Counted from the stretch's first letter, positions 43,755-53,854 are shown. The stretch is DNA of 64,000 nt from Deltaproteobacteria bacterium (GCA_030638575.1 DAOWEJ010000014.1:5041-69040), one strand, 5' to 3'. Numbers and translations: made by a program. The notes: generated by a model from the sequence alone, not told the origin.

Positions 43755-44729
43755 CTACATTAGACCCTTAGTAATATTATCTTGTATGTTTACAAGCTGT
43801 TTTCTAATCTTTTTATCAGATTTTTTAAGCCTCGAAACTCTTTGTATTATGCTGCTCACAGTACTGTAGGTTCTGATATTAAATAATTTACCTATGTTGT
43901 TTAGGCTTTCACCACCTATATGACGTATCAGATAAACCGCAATATTACGCGGTTCATTAAATATTCCACGTTTTGTTAGAATTAATTCATTAAACGATAC
44001 GTTATAATGGTCACATACTGCTGAAATTATTAAATCAGGTGAGGGGACCATGCTTTTTGATTCAGGGACTTCATAACTTTTTTTCTTGAAATAATATTTT
44101 TCTTTAATTCCCGTTATGAAACTTTCGGGGCCAAATAATGGCGGCATATTCTTTAATGAAAAAAGCTTTTTTACCTCTTCGGAATCATCTTTGTGCGTAA
44201 ACTCAATAAATGGTTTTAATCTCCCGCGTTTCTTTGGCGTTATCATGGAAAAAATATAATCTTTGTGTAACCATTTCCACTTCTTTGCATATGACAAATA
44301 ACCTTTGTAACTGCTCCATTCATAATCCGAGATATCTTTAACTATACCGGCTTTTACCGGATTCTTATGTATATATCTCACCAGTTGCAGCAGATGACTG
44401 TCACCACAAACAAGAATAGATTTATATCTTCCCCTGAAAAGCTGACCATCAAGTCCATGCCTCCTGTTATATCTCTGGGTGTACAGACTATTTACGTGTC
44501 TCATGCATCTTGAAATATTTGCATCGGGTGTTTGTAATAAAACATGATAATGATTTGTCATTAAACAGTAAGCTGCAACATTTACATTCCACATTTCAGA
44601 TATTTCAATCAGCAGATCAATGAACATTAAATAATCGGACTTATCTGAAAAAATGATTTCGGAGCGCCTTCCACGGTTCATTACATGATACCATGCGTCT
44701 GGGAATTCTATTCTTAGTGGACGAGACAT
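43755..44729 (-). mobile_element. RAYT-like Y1 (HUH) transposase with C-terminal DnaA-C-like HTH
   Basis: WYHVMNRG, HUH motif TNHYHVLLQT, catalytic Tyr region VRYIHKNPVKAG. The C-terminal RNIAVYLIRH...SLNNIGKLFNIRTYSTVSSIIQR resembles DnaA domain IV. Confidence 0.8.
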
Positions 44730-45131
44730 GTAAATTATATAACAGTTTATTCATAAAGAGTCAACCGTAGACTTGACCCCCATTTTGACCCCCATTTTAC
44801 GAGGAATTGAAAGGAATAAAATGGATGGTAAAGAATTAACGCGATGAATTAGGGTAGGCAATCAAACGATGGTTCCAGTTATCAAATCTGCAATGAGGGT
44901 AATTGTCGGGCTTGAATCAGATGAACAAAATGAATATGCTTTTCAAGCTTTTTTTGGGGAATTAAATGAATTAAAAAAATTAGATGGATTTTTTAGTTTA
45001 TTTTGGAATAAGATAAGAGGAATTAAATGGGGGGAATTAAATTCTCACAACATAATTAAACTGGCAACATAACGTCCCCCTTTCCGTCCCCCTTGATCTG
45101 AAGTATCCAGAGGACTGAGAAAGCAAATATA

Positions 45132-48100
45132 TTACAATTTTTTAATTATATCCAGCGCCAATGGCGGTACAGAAGGCATACCTATATTTTCTGCTATTTT
45201 ATTGTAGGTTTCTGCCAGGCTTACGCCATAATCTCTCCCTTTGCGCAGCACCTTTAATGCTTTATGAATGCTTGATTTATCATCAGATAAATCATCGATA
45301 AAACGTTTCAATCGATTCTTTGATTTGGTAGGTGGTTCCTGGTTTTGTTTCTGTGCAATTTCTATTTCTCTTAAAGCTATTTCTGCAACTCCAACATCAC
45401 TTTTAGCAAATTCTATTTCTTCATCAGGAACCTTTTTAATTTTTAATTCCCGTTCAATATCCTCTTTTAATAGCTCTGTTTCGCCGAGAATGTTTTGGAT
45501 TTCAATGGATACTGTATTTGTTGCGGTTGCAGTTGCTTTGGCTTGAGCCCCAGCTTCTGCAGCTGTTCTAACATCTACTTTTATCACCGGCTTAAAGTTA
45601 ATATGTTTAGACTGTTTATTACGATATTCATCTTTCATGTTCTCTTCCTCTAATAATTCTTCTCTAAGATAAATACCTTCCAATAGTTCCATTACATTTA
45701 CAGGTTTAATTCTGTTATTGGAACATTTAATTTCTCTTTCACCCTGGTTCCTGTATTTAATTAATTCGTTGTATTCAAAAAAAGTAGACGTTTCCGAACC
45801 TTTACAATCATCACATATACAAGGCACCATTGGATCATACTTAACGTTTCTGAACCACTTTTTATGTATTGCCTCAATTTCTTCCCTTATTGTTCTTAAA
45901 AAGAATTTTCTCTCGTTAACATCTCCAATAACTTCAATATCTATAACATTAAGCCCCTCTTTGTTGCTTATGTCTTCAATTATGGATGCTTTACAGCCCC
46001 TATTTTCAATGACAATGCCTTTTTCCCAAACAAGCGGTTCTGGAGATTCATTGTAAGAAATATTCTTATTACATCTAACAATAAAGCGGGTAATAATACC
46101 TTTGGGCATAAATTGGTAGCGATATCTGAATCTTAAAGCCCTATCATTTCCCAATTTGTAACGTGGCTTTATCTTTCCTAATAATTGTGCGGCAATAAAC
46201 TCGTCATCATCCATCTCATAACATATCTCAAATGCCTCTTTTTTCATTAAATTAAGTAATTTGAATTTTTCATCCCTATCATACTTCTCCCAAATTGAAT
46301 CCAACTGTGTTCTATTAAACCGCCCTCCGTTTTTTGCGATTGTGTTATTCTCCAAAACACCATACACAGCGTCTACAGCCCATTGAGGATTTAAAATAAT
46401 AAAATCACGTAAATATTTATCATTTTGAAAATGTAAAATGCTGCCTAATTTATGAAGATATTTACTTATTAAAAGCTGGGCTTCTTCATCTTCCACATTA
46501 TGTTTATTACAAATATTAAAAAAGTCTTTCTCCGTAATGTGATTTTGAGATTTTGCCAATTCTTTTAGTTCTTTACGAATAGGAATCCATTGCTTTGGAA
46601 CTTCGTCCCCTACATGTTTTAGTTCGCACAGCATCTTCTGCACCTTATCACATAAAGCATAATACCTGGAATCCGTTTTTGAAAGATCAACCTCATTTTG
46701 TTGAATATCGGTTTGTGGGTATCTATTAAGATAAAAATGATAATCAAAATTCGTGATTGACTCATGCTTATTCTCATTCAAAACTACTAATATTGGGCTT
46801 TGATAATTATCCTCTCTACCTAATAAATGAATCGTCTCAAACCAATATGGGAAATTAGCATGCTGCTTTCGATCATCAGCGACTAAAACATACAAAGCGC
46901 TGGGTGTCAAAAAGAACTGATGGGTCATATATTGTATTTCCTGACCGCCAAAATCCCATAAATTGCAGCTAAAATGTAAGGATTCATTTTCTTCTGTAGG
47001 AAATGTCCAGCCGTCATGAATATTGATGCCAACAGTTGAATCTAAATTTTTAGCTTCCTCCGATTCAAGATCGTAATTAGAATTAATGAGTTTCCTCATC
47101 AGCGTCGTTTTACCCGCTCCGGGTTCACCTACAATTATTAATTTGGCTTCGAATAACTTGTCTAATCCGCCTTGTTTTTCTGCTTGCTCAAACCAGCTAA
47201 TAACAGCTTCCCGCCCTTCTTCAATTATGGACATTGGGGGAGTAGAAATTGGATTGATGCCGACACTAATTCCACTTCTCATATATTCTTTTGATACAGA
47301 CGCTCCCATTTTAAGCAGTATTAACAACGGTCTGATATCGATGATTTGATTTCTGCGAAGGTCTAAGGATTGTAATCCGGTCAGTTTTTCTAAAAAGCTG
47401 ATATCGCTGATTTGATTTCCGCTAATGTCTAAGGATTGTAATCCGGTCAGTTTTTCTAAAAAGCTGATATCGCTGATTTGATTTCCGCTAAGGTCTAAGG
47501 ATTGTAATCCGGTCACTTTTTCTAAAAAGCTGATATCGCTGATTTGATTTCCGCTAAGGTCTAAGGATTGTAATCCGGTCAGCTTTTCTAAAAAGCTGTA
47601 ATCGCTGATTTGATTTCCGCGAAGGTATAAGGATAGTAATCCGGTCAGCTTTTCTAAAAAGCTGATATCGCTGATTTGATTGTAGCTAAGGTATAAGGAT
47701 AGTAATCCGGTCAGCTTTTCTAAAAAGCTGTAATCGCTGATTTGATTTCCGCTAAGGTCTAAGGATTGTAATCCGGTCAGTTTTTCTAAAAAGCTGATAT
47801 CGCTGATTTGATTTCCGCGAAGGTCTAAGGATTGTAATCCGGTCACTTTTTCTAAAAAGCTGATATCGCTGATTTGATTGTAGCTAAGGTCTAAGGATTG
47901 TAATCCGGTCAGTTTTTCTAAAAAGCTGTAATCGCTGATTTGATTGTAGCTAAGGTATAAGGATTGTAATCCGGTCAGCTTTTCTAAAAAGCTGATATCG
48001 CTGATTTGATTGCAGCTAAGGTATAAGGATTCCAGACTTCCAAGACCACAAGGTATATTACAATTTTTTAATTTCCAACTTGCATTATATTCCCCTCCAA

Positions 48101-48365
48101 AATATAGTTTTTTTAGCCGGGTTAGCTTTTTAAATCCCTTTGGCAATTCTTCAATGTTTAATATATTTATGCCGCCTGTATTTGGGCTATCAATCCATTT
48201 GTTTCTCGTATTTTCCCATATTCTGTTGCAAAAAGATAATTCTTCAAACCACGTTAGCTCAAACAGTTCTTGTGGTATGTTTCTTAATCCGCATCTTCCT
48301 AAATCCAGTTTTCCCGTTTTTTCCTGTTTTTCTTTTTCTATTAATTTTATTGCCAGGTCAGACAT
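45132..48365 (-). CDS. LRR-Roc-COR (ROCO-type) GTPase with extended C-terminal region
   Basis: About 11 LRRs of 22 aa (LTGLQSLDLSGNQISDISFLEK); P-loop GEPGAGKTTL; switch II NLWDFGGQE; long COR-like region; Cys pair PCICDDC; coiled C-terminus. Confidence 0.8.
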   Translation of the reverse strand: MSDLAIKLIEKEKQEKTGKLDLGRCGLRNIPQELFELTWFEELSFCNRIWENTRNKWIDSPNTGGINILNIEELPKGFKKLTRLKKLYFGGEYNASWKLKNCNIPCGLGSLESLYLSCNQISDISFLEKLTGLQSLYLSYNQISDYSFLEKLTGLQSLDLSYNQISDISFLEKVTGLQSLDLRGNQISDISFLEKLTGLQSLDLSGNQISDYSFLEKLTGLLSLYLSYNQISDISFLEKLTGLLSLYLRGNQISDYSFLEKLTGLQSLDLSGNQISDISFLEKVTGLQSLDLSGNQISDISFLEKLTGLQSLDISGNQISDISFLEKLTGLQSLDLRRNQIIDIRPLLILLKMGASVSKEYMRSGISVGINPISTPPMSIIEEGREAVISWFEQAEKQGGLDKLFEAKLIIVGEPGAGKTTLMRKLINSNYDLESEEAKNLDSTVGINIHDGWTFPTEENESLHFSCNLWDFGGQEIQYMTHQFFLTPSALYVLVADDRKQHANFPYWFETIHLLGREDNYQSPILVVLNENKHESITNFDYHFYLNRYPQTDIQQNEVDLSKTDSRYYALCDKVQKMLCELKHVGDEVPKQWIPIRKELKELAKSQNHITEKDFFNICNKHNVEDEEAQLLISKYLHKLGSILHFQNDKYLRDFIILNPQWAVDAVYGVLENNTIAKNGGRFNRTQLDSIWEKYDRDEKFKLLNLMKKEAFEICYEMDDDEFIAAQLLGKIKPRYKLGNDRALRFRYRYQFMPKGIITRFIVRCNKNISYNESPEPLVWEKGIVIENRGCKASIIEDISNKEGLNVIDIEVIGDVNERKFFLRTIREEIEAIHKKWFRNVKYDPMVPCICDDCKGSETSTFFEYNELIKYRNQGEREIKCSNNRIKPVNVMELLEGIYLREELLEEENMKDEYRNKQSKHINFKPVIKVDVRTAAEAGAQAKATATATNTVSIEIQNILGETELLKEDIERELKIKKVPDEEIEFAKSDVGVAEIALREIEIAQKQNQEPPTKSKNRLKRFIDDLSDDKSSIHKALKVLRKGRDYGVSLAETYNKIAENIGMPSVPPLALDIIKKL
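47345..48041. repeat. About 10.5 tandem copies of a 66-bp unit (coding LRRs)
   Basis: ccggtcagYttttctaaaaagctgWaatcgctgatttgattKNNgctaaggtMtaaggatWgtaat repeats with only a few substitutions per unit. Confidence 0.9.
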
Positions 48366-48623
48366 TGTTAATCCTAACACTTATATTTCAATAATTTTAT
48401 AACTGAACAAAATTATTCCATTTTATTTACACAAAAACTATTCATAAAGTAAATACAAATATTTTATTTTAGGTTATTAGTTTGTTAATATTTTTATACA
48501 GATCCGTATTTTTACTTAATTCGTTTGGCACTTTCATTATCCTTTTTTTTGCATAACAGTTGTTTCTACAACCGCTGTAGAGCAAGCCATCAAGTGAAAC
48601 AGCGGGGTTAACTGATATTGAAC

Positions 48624-48857
48624 TTATTGTTGGCACAAACGGCTGACAGCACCCCAAAGTTGAATAATTGAACCTGCTATTATAAAACCCCAAGAAAGGT
48701 TCCATAGATAATATCCATTAAGAAAAAGAAAACGCTCTTTTGAATTCTTTAGTTGCCAAAGAGCTGTTGTGAAAGGAAATTTACTTGCAAAGACAAGCAT
48801 GCCAATAGAGCCGAGAATCACAAAGGCAGGTGGCAAGACATTAAATATAATATTCAT
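48624..48857 (-). CDS. hypothetical small 2-TM protein
   Basis: 77 aa with two hydrophobic helices, lying between the TIR and ROCO genes. No other support. Confidence 0.3.
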   Translation of the reverse strand: MNIIFNVLPPAFVILGSIGMLVFASKFPFTTALWQLKNSKERFLFLNGYYLWNLSWGFIIAGSIIQLWGAVSRLCQQ

Positions 48858-49023
48858 TATTTTATCTCTTACTTAGTAAAAATAGCAGCTCGCTAATGAT
48901 GAGCAGGGTCGAATAAATGGCGTAATAATTTTAACAAACAGGACACTTACATCAATGGCAACAGGTTCCAAATTGCCCCGGTTTTAGGTTTCTGCTCATC
49001 ATTTCGTTATAGCCTAATGGTTC

Positions 49024-50397
49024 CTATTTTCTCTGTTTTCTAAAGTAGTATTCTATGAAACCATTATTCAAAAATTTTTCCAAAATAGTATCTGGGTCAT
49101 CGTCAATCTTAAGTATCTCTACCGAGTGGTTTATCCAACCTTTCAGAGATTCTCGTGTCTTTTTCCCGAACCTAAATGTTTTGTAGCTTTTTGCCCTCCA
49201 TAGGGAATTTAGAAAGGTGTCCGAAATGCCGAATTCTATTTCTGTTGATGGTCTACTCCAAGCGTTCCATTTTTTCATACCGTCAATAAGATAGTCGCGT
49301 GTTTTTCCAGGTAGCCATTCAGCATCAGAAGAAAGAAACCAAACAACATATTCAAAAGTTTCATAAAATCTTATGTCTGGGCCACCAAGTTCGCCTTGCA
49401 CGAATTGACAGGCAATAGTGCTTGATCGATAATCGCCAAAAGTAGGATGCCTAAGGGCGATCTCTTCAGAACATGCAGGAGGAATCTTATTTGTTGTCAA
49501 ACCTGAACCTGAAATGCTTTTTTGGTCTCGATATTTTTGTTGTTTCTTAATTGAATTTTCCAGCAACAGATCAAAATCTCGCTCAAAATCACCTCCAAAA
49601 CCTTTTATCGTTAGCTGAGGTGCGTAATGTGCCAAAATGTCGGGGTATTTGCGACAAATTTCATTTAAACCTGGGTGTCTATCAATAAACTCCAATACAA
49701 TTTGTGGTCTAGTTATTTGGGTGATTTCATTAAGTTCTGCTTCTTTTTCCCATCTCATCTGCATGGCGGTCCAAGCGAGTCTTACTCCTCGGGCTTCACC
49801 CCTTGACTGAAAATTCGGCATAGGAAATGTCCACCGGCCCCAATCAACCCCCTCAGGCGGGGCAAAGCCCCAGCAAGGGATTCTATTTGATGCTTCAACA
49901 ACATCGAGCCACCATTCGTCGGTGACTACCGGAGGTTTTAATCCATAATGAATTAACTCATCTCGAGCAACTAGGAGGGGGCTTTCTTCAGGGCGTAGTT
50001 TTTTTAACAATTCATGGCATACAAATTCTAAGCCATCCTTCGTTTCAACAGCCTTACGATCAGCAAGAGGTGGAGAGTGTTCGACTATCTGTTTTGCTGA
50101 AATGTTATGCCAAACTGGAAGAATTACAGAATTTTCTCCAGACATTTCTCTGGCAACAAGTCCGTTTAATTCCCTTACTGGCCATTTTTTGTTAAAAAAG
50201 TCCGGGCTTAGAACAACTATTCCATATCTTGATTTTGACAAGCCTTTATCAATAGATTCTCTTAAACTATCTCCAATAATTAGAGAGAACTCATCATACC
50301 AGACTTCTAAATGGCTACTTCTAAGTGCCTCTGCAAGTGGACGAACGAAGTCGTCTTTATCCTCACTGGCATGACATATGAAAACATCATAAAGCAT
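49024..50397 (-). CDS. TIR-domain protein with an uncharacterised ~320-aa C-terminal domain
   Basis: The N-terminus YDVFICHASEDKDDFVRPLAEAL...GIVVLSPDFFNKKWPVRELNGL has the bacterial TIR pattern, including the W..EL glutamate. Confidence 0.8.
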   Translation of the reverse strand: MLYDVFICHASEDKDDFVRPLAEALRSSHLEVWYDEFSLIIGDSLRESIDKGLSKSRYGIVVLSPDFFNKKWPVRELNGLVAREMSGENSVILPVWHNISAKQIVEHSPPLADRKAVETKDGLEFVCHELLKKLRPEESPLLVARDELIHYGLKPPVVTDEWWLDVVEASNRIPCWGFAPPEGVDWGRWTFPMPNFQSRGEARGVRLAWTAMQMRWEKEAELNEITQITRPQIVLEFIDRHPGLNEICRKYPDILAHYAPQLTIKGFGGDFERDFDLLLENSIKKQQKYRDQKSISGSGLTTNKIPPACSEEIALRHPTFGDYRSSTIACQFVQGELGGPDIRFYETFEYVVWFLSSDAEWLPGKTRDYLIDGMKKWNAWSRPSTEIEFGISDTFLNSLWRAKSYKTFRFGKKTRESLKGWINHSVEILKIDDDPDTILEKFLNNGFIEYYFRKQRK

Positions 50398-50682
50398 TAT
50401 AATAGTCTATTTAAAGTTGCCAATTTAGGTTGAGGGCTATAACAAGTTATTCTATAGTTTCCTGATATCTACTCTAATTCGAAAGAGTTGACAACGCATT
50501 TGTGCCAGGTGATGCTGCTTCTATCCGGATATCACTCATTCGGGATTGATAACCGGAAACAGGATAACCTAACATGATTCAAGTCTCAGCCAATTTTACC
50601 AGCAAGTACACTGTGCTTCTTAATCAAAGAAGTGTGAAGGCTGGACAGCATCGGTATTATATCAGGTGGCTGCGATATTATA

Positions 50683-50760
50683 TTGACGGTTTCGTAAAAA
50701 GTCAGGAAAACATTTTTTACGAAACGTTTTAAGTTTTAGGATTTAAGTTTTAAGTATCTG
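50683..50760. repeat. Hairpin repeat, copy of 4647-4724
   Basis: ttgacggtttcgtaaaaagtcagg...ttttacgaaacgttttaagttttaggatttaagttttaagtat. Confidence 0.75.
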
Positions 50761-50770
50761 TTAAAATAGA

Positions 50771-53700
50771 TTATATCATAACCTTTGCAAAAACCCAGTA
50801 TTTTTTTCGTCCCGACCCCGAAGGCTTCACAGCTTCGATTTCAAAGCCGGACTTAAGCAGCAACTGTTTGATTTCCTCTGCTGATCTATGGCAGGGTTTT
50901 TTCCCGATAATCTTATGCCACATATTTTCACAACATGCCATCCGGGAAACAGCTTTATTAATAGGAGACGCTGCTCTTAAAAGCAGGCTGCCTCCAGGAC
51001 AAAGCTTTCCTTTGAGTCTTTTTAAAGTAAGTTTTAGTTCATCATCCTTTAAATATTGAATGGCATCGATCATCAGAGCGCAATCGACCGGGTCTTCGGT
51101 TTGTGGAATATCCGGCGCCCTTGCGCAATTAATATGTCCCCTTTGCCCGATTACTTTTGATGAAATCCTTGCCCTATGGCCGTCAGGTTCAATTCCGTAA
51201 ACTTTAGCTTTTGGGTATACTTCGAGAAGACAGACCGCGCAAAGACCATATCCGGTGTTAATGTCTATAATCTTTTCAGGTGACTTAATAAACTTGAACA
51301 GTTCCGTAAACATGGGATCAAACATTATTTTAAAACGGACAAACAGGCGTACGGATGCTTCCATGTGTCTGTATTGTTTTGCGATTCTTGTTAAGTGTTT
51401 TTTAGAACCCGGCTTAATATTTTCAGTGGGGAGCTTTTTATAAGTAAACAGATACTTTAGAACCGGCGGCAATATGGTAAAAGCGCCGATAAGGGAGTAG
51501 CCGATACCGAGAAATGAAGTTAGTCCTGCACTCTTTAACATGGAATGATCGGCAAAATTTAAAACGCCGAATCCTATTAAAGTGGATACTGATGCCAAAA
51601 ACACCGCCATCCTTATAAGTCCGAGTGACGTGTGATATTCATCAAAATAGCGCTGATATGACCTGACAAAGAAAAGTGAATAATCAATTCCCATACCCAT
51701 TACAACAATTGAGAGCATAAGTGCCGGTATATCCAGAGGGTGTCCGATAAGTTTCAGTGTGCCTAAAGTGCATACAAATGCAAATAATATAGGCGTCAGC
51801 GCAACAACGGTTAATGTCAAATCAAGAAAGAAAATAAACATTAAGATAACAACACTTATACCGATTATCATGACCATCTTAGTAAATGTAGAGGATAAAA
51901 GCTTTCCCAGCCTTTCTGAAAAGAAGTTGGGGTCAAACAGCCTCACCATTTGTGTGGACGCATATTTTAAATGGAAGGATTCAGCATTATAAGTCCTTCC
52001 CGAAGTTATGGTTGAAAACTGTATCCATGCAGGTCCGGCAGGATTTTTATTTCCGGATATTCCGACAATTGAGTAGAATCTTTCAGGGATATCACTATGG
52101 CTATAGTCAGGTTTAGAAATTGTGTTGAAAAAAGGGTTAAAGGCATCCGCTGCAAAGCCAAGATCCAAAGAGGTTTGTTTTATAGTATCTTTTAATGCTT
52201 TCACTTTGTTTTTATTCCAGAAATTTTTCCATGCAGAAAAATTTTCTTTCCCTTTTTTTTCTCCCGGGAAAACCATGGATGGAATAAAAGCGGAAAGCAA
52301 AGTGCCGGAAAGTACTTCCTGTTCCAGCAGTCCGGACAGCCTGTCTGATTTTCTCTGAAGTTCTTTAACACTCGATCCTTCCGTCATTAAAAAAATCCTG
52401 GAAAAAATATTTCCCCAGATGGTTGCAACAAGGGTTTCAGCAGCCTTTGTCTCTTTGCTGACTGTATTCATCGACCTTAAATCAACATGAAATTCAGGTT
52501 TTGCGAAACAAAACATTATCACGGCAAAAGCAAGCGCAGCCCACGCCTTGTATTTTCCGCCTGACAGAGCAAGTTTGCTGACGATGCCTTTAAGCGGCAG
52601 GGCCCTTTGTTTTTTTACAGGCGGCATACAAGGAAACATGAGAGGAAAAACCGTATGGACGAATAAAAATGAGAAGGCAATACCGAGTGCGGCGAACTGG
52701 CCGATTTGTGCAAGAACAGGAAACCCGCTGACGCAAAGAACAGAGAAAGCGCCGACTGTTGTGAGCGCGGATAGCAACCCAACAGCCCAGATTTCCCTTG
52801 CAGCTTCTTTTCCTGAAGTTTCATGCGGGCGGTCAAGGAACAGAAGATAAGCTATACCATGATCTACGGTGATCGATATTATTGCTCCCCCAAAGCCGAT
52901 TGTCAGGATGGAAATGGATTTATTCAAAAGGGAAAAAATAAAGAATGCAATGCAGGTTCCTGCAATGGCCGGTAGAAATGACAGCAATCCGATGTATGGT
53001 CGCGGGAAAGCTATAATAAGTAAAAATGCAATTCCGAGCATTGAAAACAAAATTACCTTTTTTATATCTCCTTTGGCCATGAGCTCATTATCCAGGGCCG
53101 CTCGATATGCACCGACCGGAGTCAGTGTGAATTTATATCCCTGATCGGCATATTGTTCGTTAATCTGTTTTGATAAATTATTTATAAGCTTAGTTGCCTG
53201 CCTGGCAAAAGTGGTATCAGTTCCGGAAGTTGCCGGTCTGGCAATCAAAAGAAGATGCCTGCCGTCGGAAGAGAGGAGCTGTCCTCTATAAAATTGCGCA
53301 TTCTGTGATGGAAAGAGATGCGACAATCTTGTCAAAACGATATTTCTAAAACCAAGAGGGTCCCTTGAAATCAGTTCGGACTGTCCGATTCCTTCCAGAT
53401 TTAGCAGATTTGAAAAATTTTCTTCAAGCTTTTTGCGAACCTTCGCAGGTTCCAGTAAAGGTTTTATATGTGTGTTAAGATCTCTTTCGGTGAAAAGTAC
53501 AGGCAGATTTTCCATTATGTAAAAAATCAACTCGGGTATGATGTTCTGGATCTCTTTCATCCCTGCGCTTTTAAAGAGCCCGCTTTCCATTAATTTTTTT
53601 TCAAGGAACTGGCCGGCTTCAACAAGAATATCCTGATCTTGCTTTTGATGACTGACATCAATCACCAGTTGATCCTGAGCCGGATGATTCATGATGACAT

Positions 53701-53854
53701 ACCTGGCATCTGATATAACGGGATCATGGACAGGCAGTGTCCCTATGATATCGGTGTCGATTTCAATCCTGTACAAACCGATACCTGCAAGACCTGCTAC
53801 AACAGCAGCTATTAAAATGATTAAAGGCAAATTAAAGTAAATCTTTTTTTTCAT
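50771..53854 (-). CDS. MMPL/RND-type lipid exporter fused to a C-terminal class I SAM methyltransferase
   Basis: About 800 aa with two 6-TM bundles (ApeM-like), then IDINTGYGLCAVCLLEVYPKAKVYGIEPD (SAM motif I) and LCPGGSLLL (motif III-like). Confidence 0.75.
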   Translation of the reverse strand: MKKKIYFNLPLIILIAAVVAGLAGIGLYRIEIDTDIIGTLPVHDPVISDARYVIMNHPAQDQLVIDVSHQKQDQDILVEAGQFLEKKLMESGLFKSAGMKEIQNIIPELIFYIMENLPVLFTERDLNTHIKPLLEPAKVRKKLEENFSNLLNLEGIGQSELISRDPLGFRNIVLTRLSHLFPSQNAQFYRGQLLSSDGRHLLLIARPATSGTDTTFARQATKLINNLSKQINEQYADQGYKFTLTPVGAYRAALDNELMAKGDIKKVILFSMLGIAFLLIIAFPRPYIGLLSFLPAIAGTCIAFFIFSLLNKSISILTIGFGGAIISITVDHGIAYLLFLDRPHETSGKEAAREIWAVGLLSALTTVGAFSVLCVSGFPVLAQIGQFAALGIAFSFLFVHTVFPLMFPCMPPVKKQRALPLKGIVSKLALSGGKYKAWAALAFAVIMFCFAKPEFHVDLRSMNTVSKETKAAETLVATIWGNIFSRIFLMTEGSSVKELQRKSDRLSGLLEQEVLSGTLLSAFIPSMVFPGEKKGKENFSAWKNFWNKNKVKALKDTIKQTSLDLGFAADAFNPFFNTISKPDYSHSDIPERFYSIVGISGNKNPAGPAWIQFSTITSGRTYNAESFHLKYASTQMVRLFDPNFFSERLGKLLSSTFTKMVMIIGISVVILMFIFFLDLTLTVVALTPILFAFVCTLGTLKLIGHPLDIPALMLSIVVMGMGIDYSLFFVRSYQRYFDEYHTSLGLIRMAVFLASVSTLIGFGVLNFADHSMLKSAGLTSFLGIGYSLIGAFTILPPVLKYLFTYKKLPTENIKPGSKKHLTRIAKQYRHMEASVRLFVRFKIMFDPMFTELFKFIKSPEKIIDINTGYGLCAVCLLEVYPKAKVYGIEPDGHRARISSKVIGQRGHINCARAPDIPQTEDPVDCALMIDAIQYLKDDELKLTLKRLKGKLCPGGSLLLRAASPINKAVSRMACCENMWHKIIGKKPCHRSAEEIKQLLLKSGFEIEAVKPSGSGRKKYWVFAKVMI

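Noticed and set aside
47345-48041. The regular 66-bp periodicity could look like a CRISPR array.
   Set aside because: The whole unit repeats, with no unique spacers. It is in frame within a 1077-aa ORF and translates to canonical LRRs. No cas genes are present.
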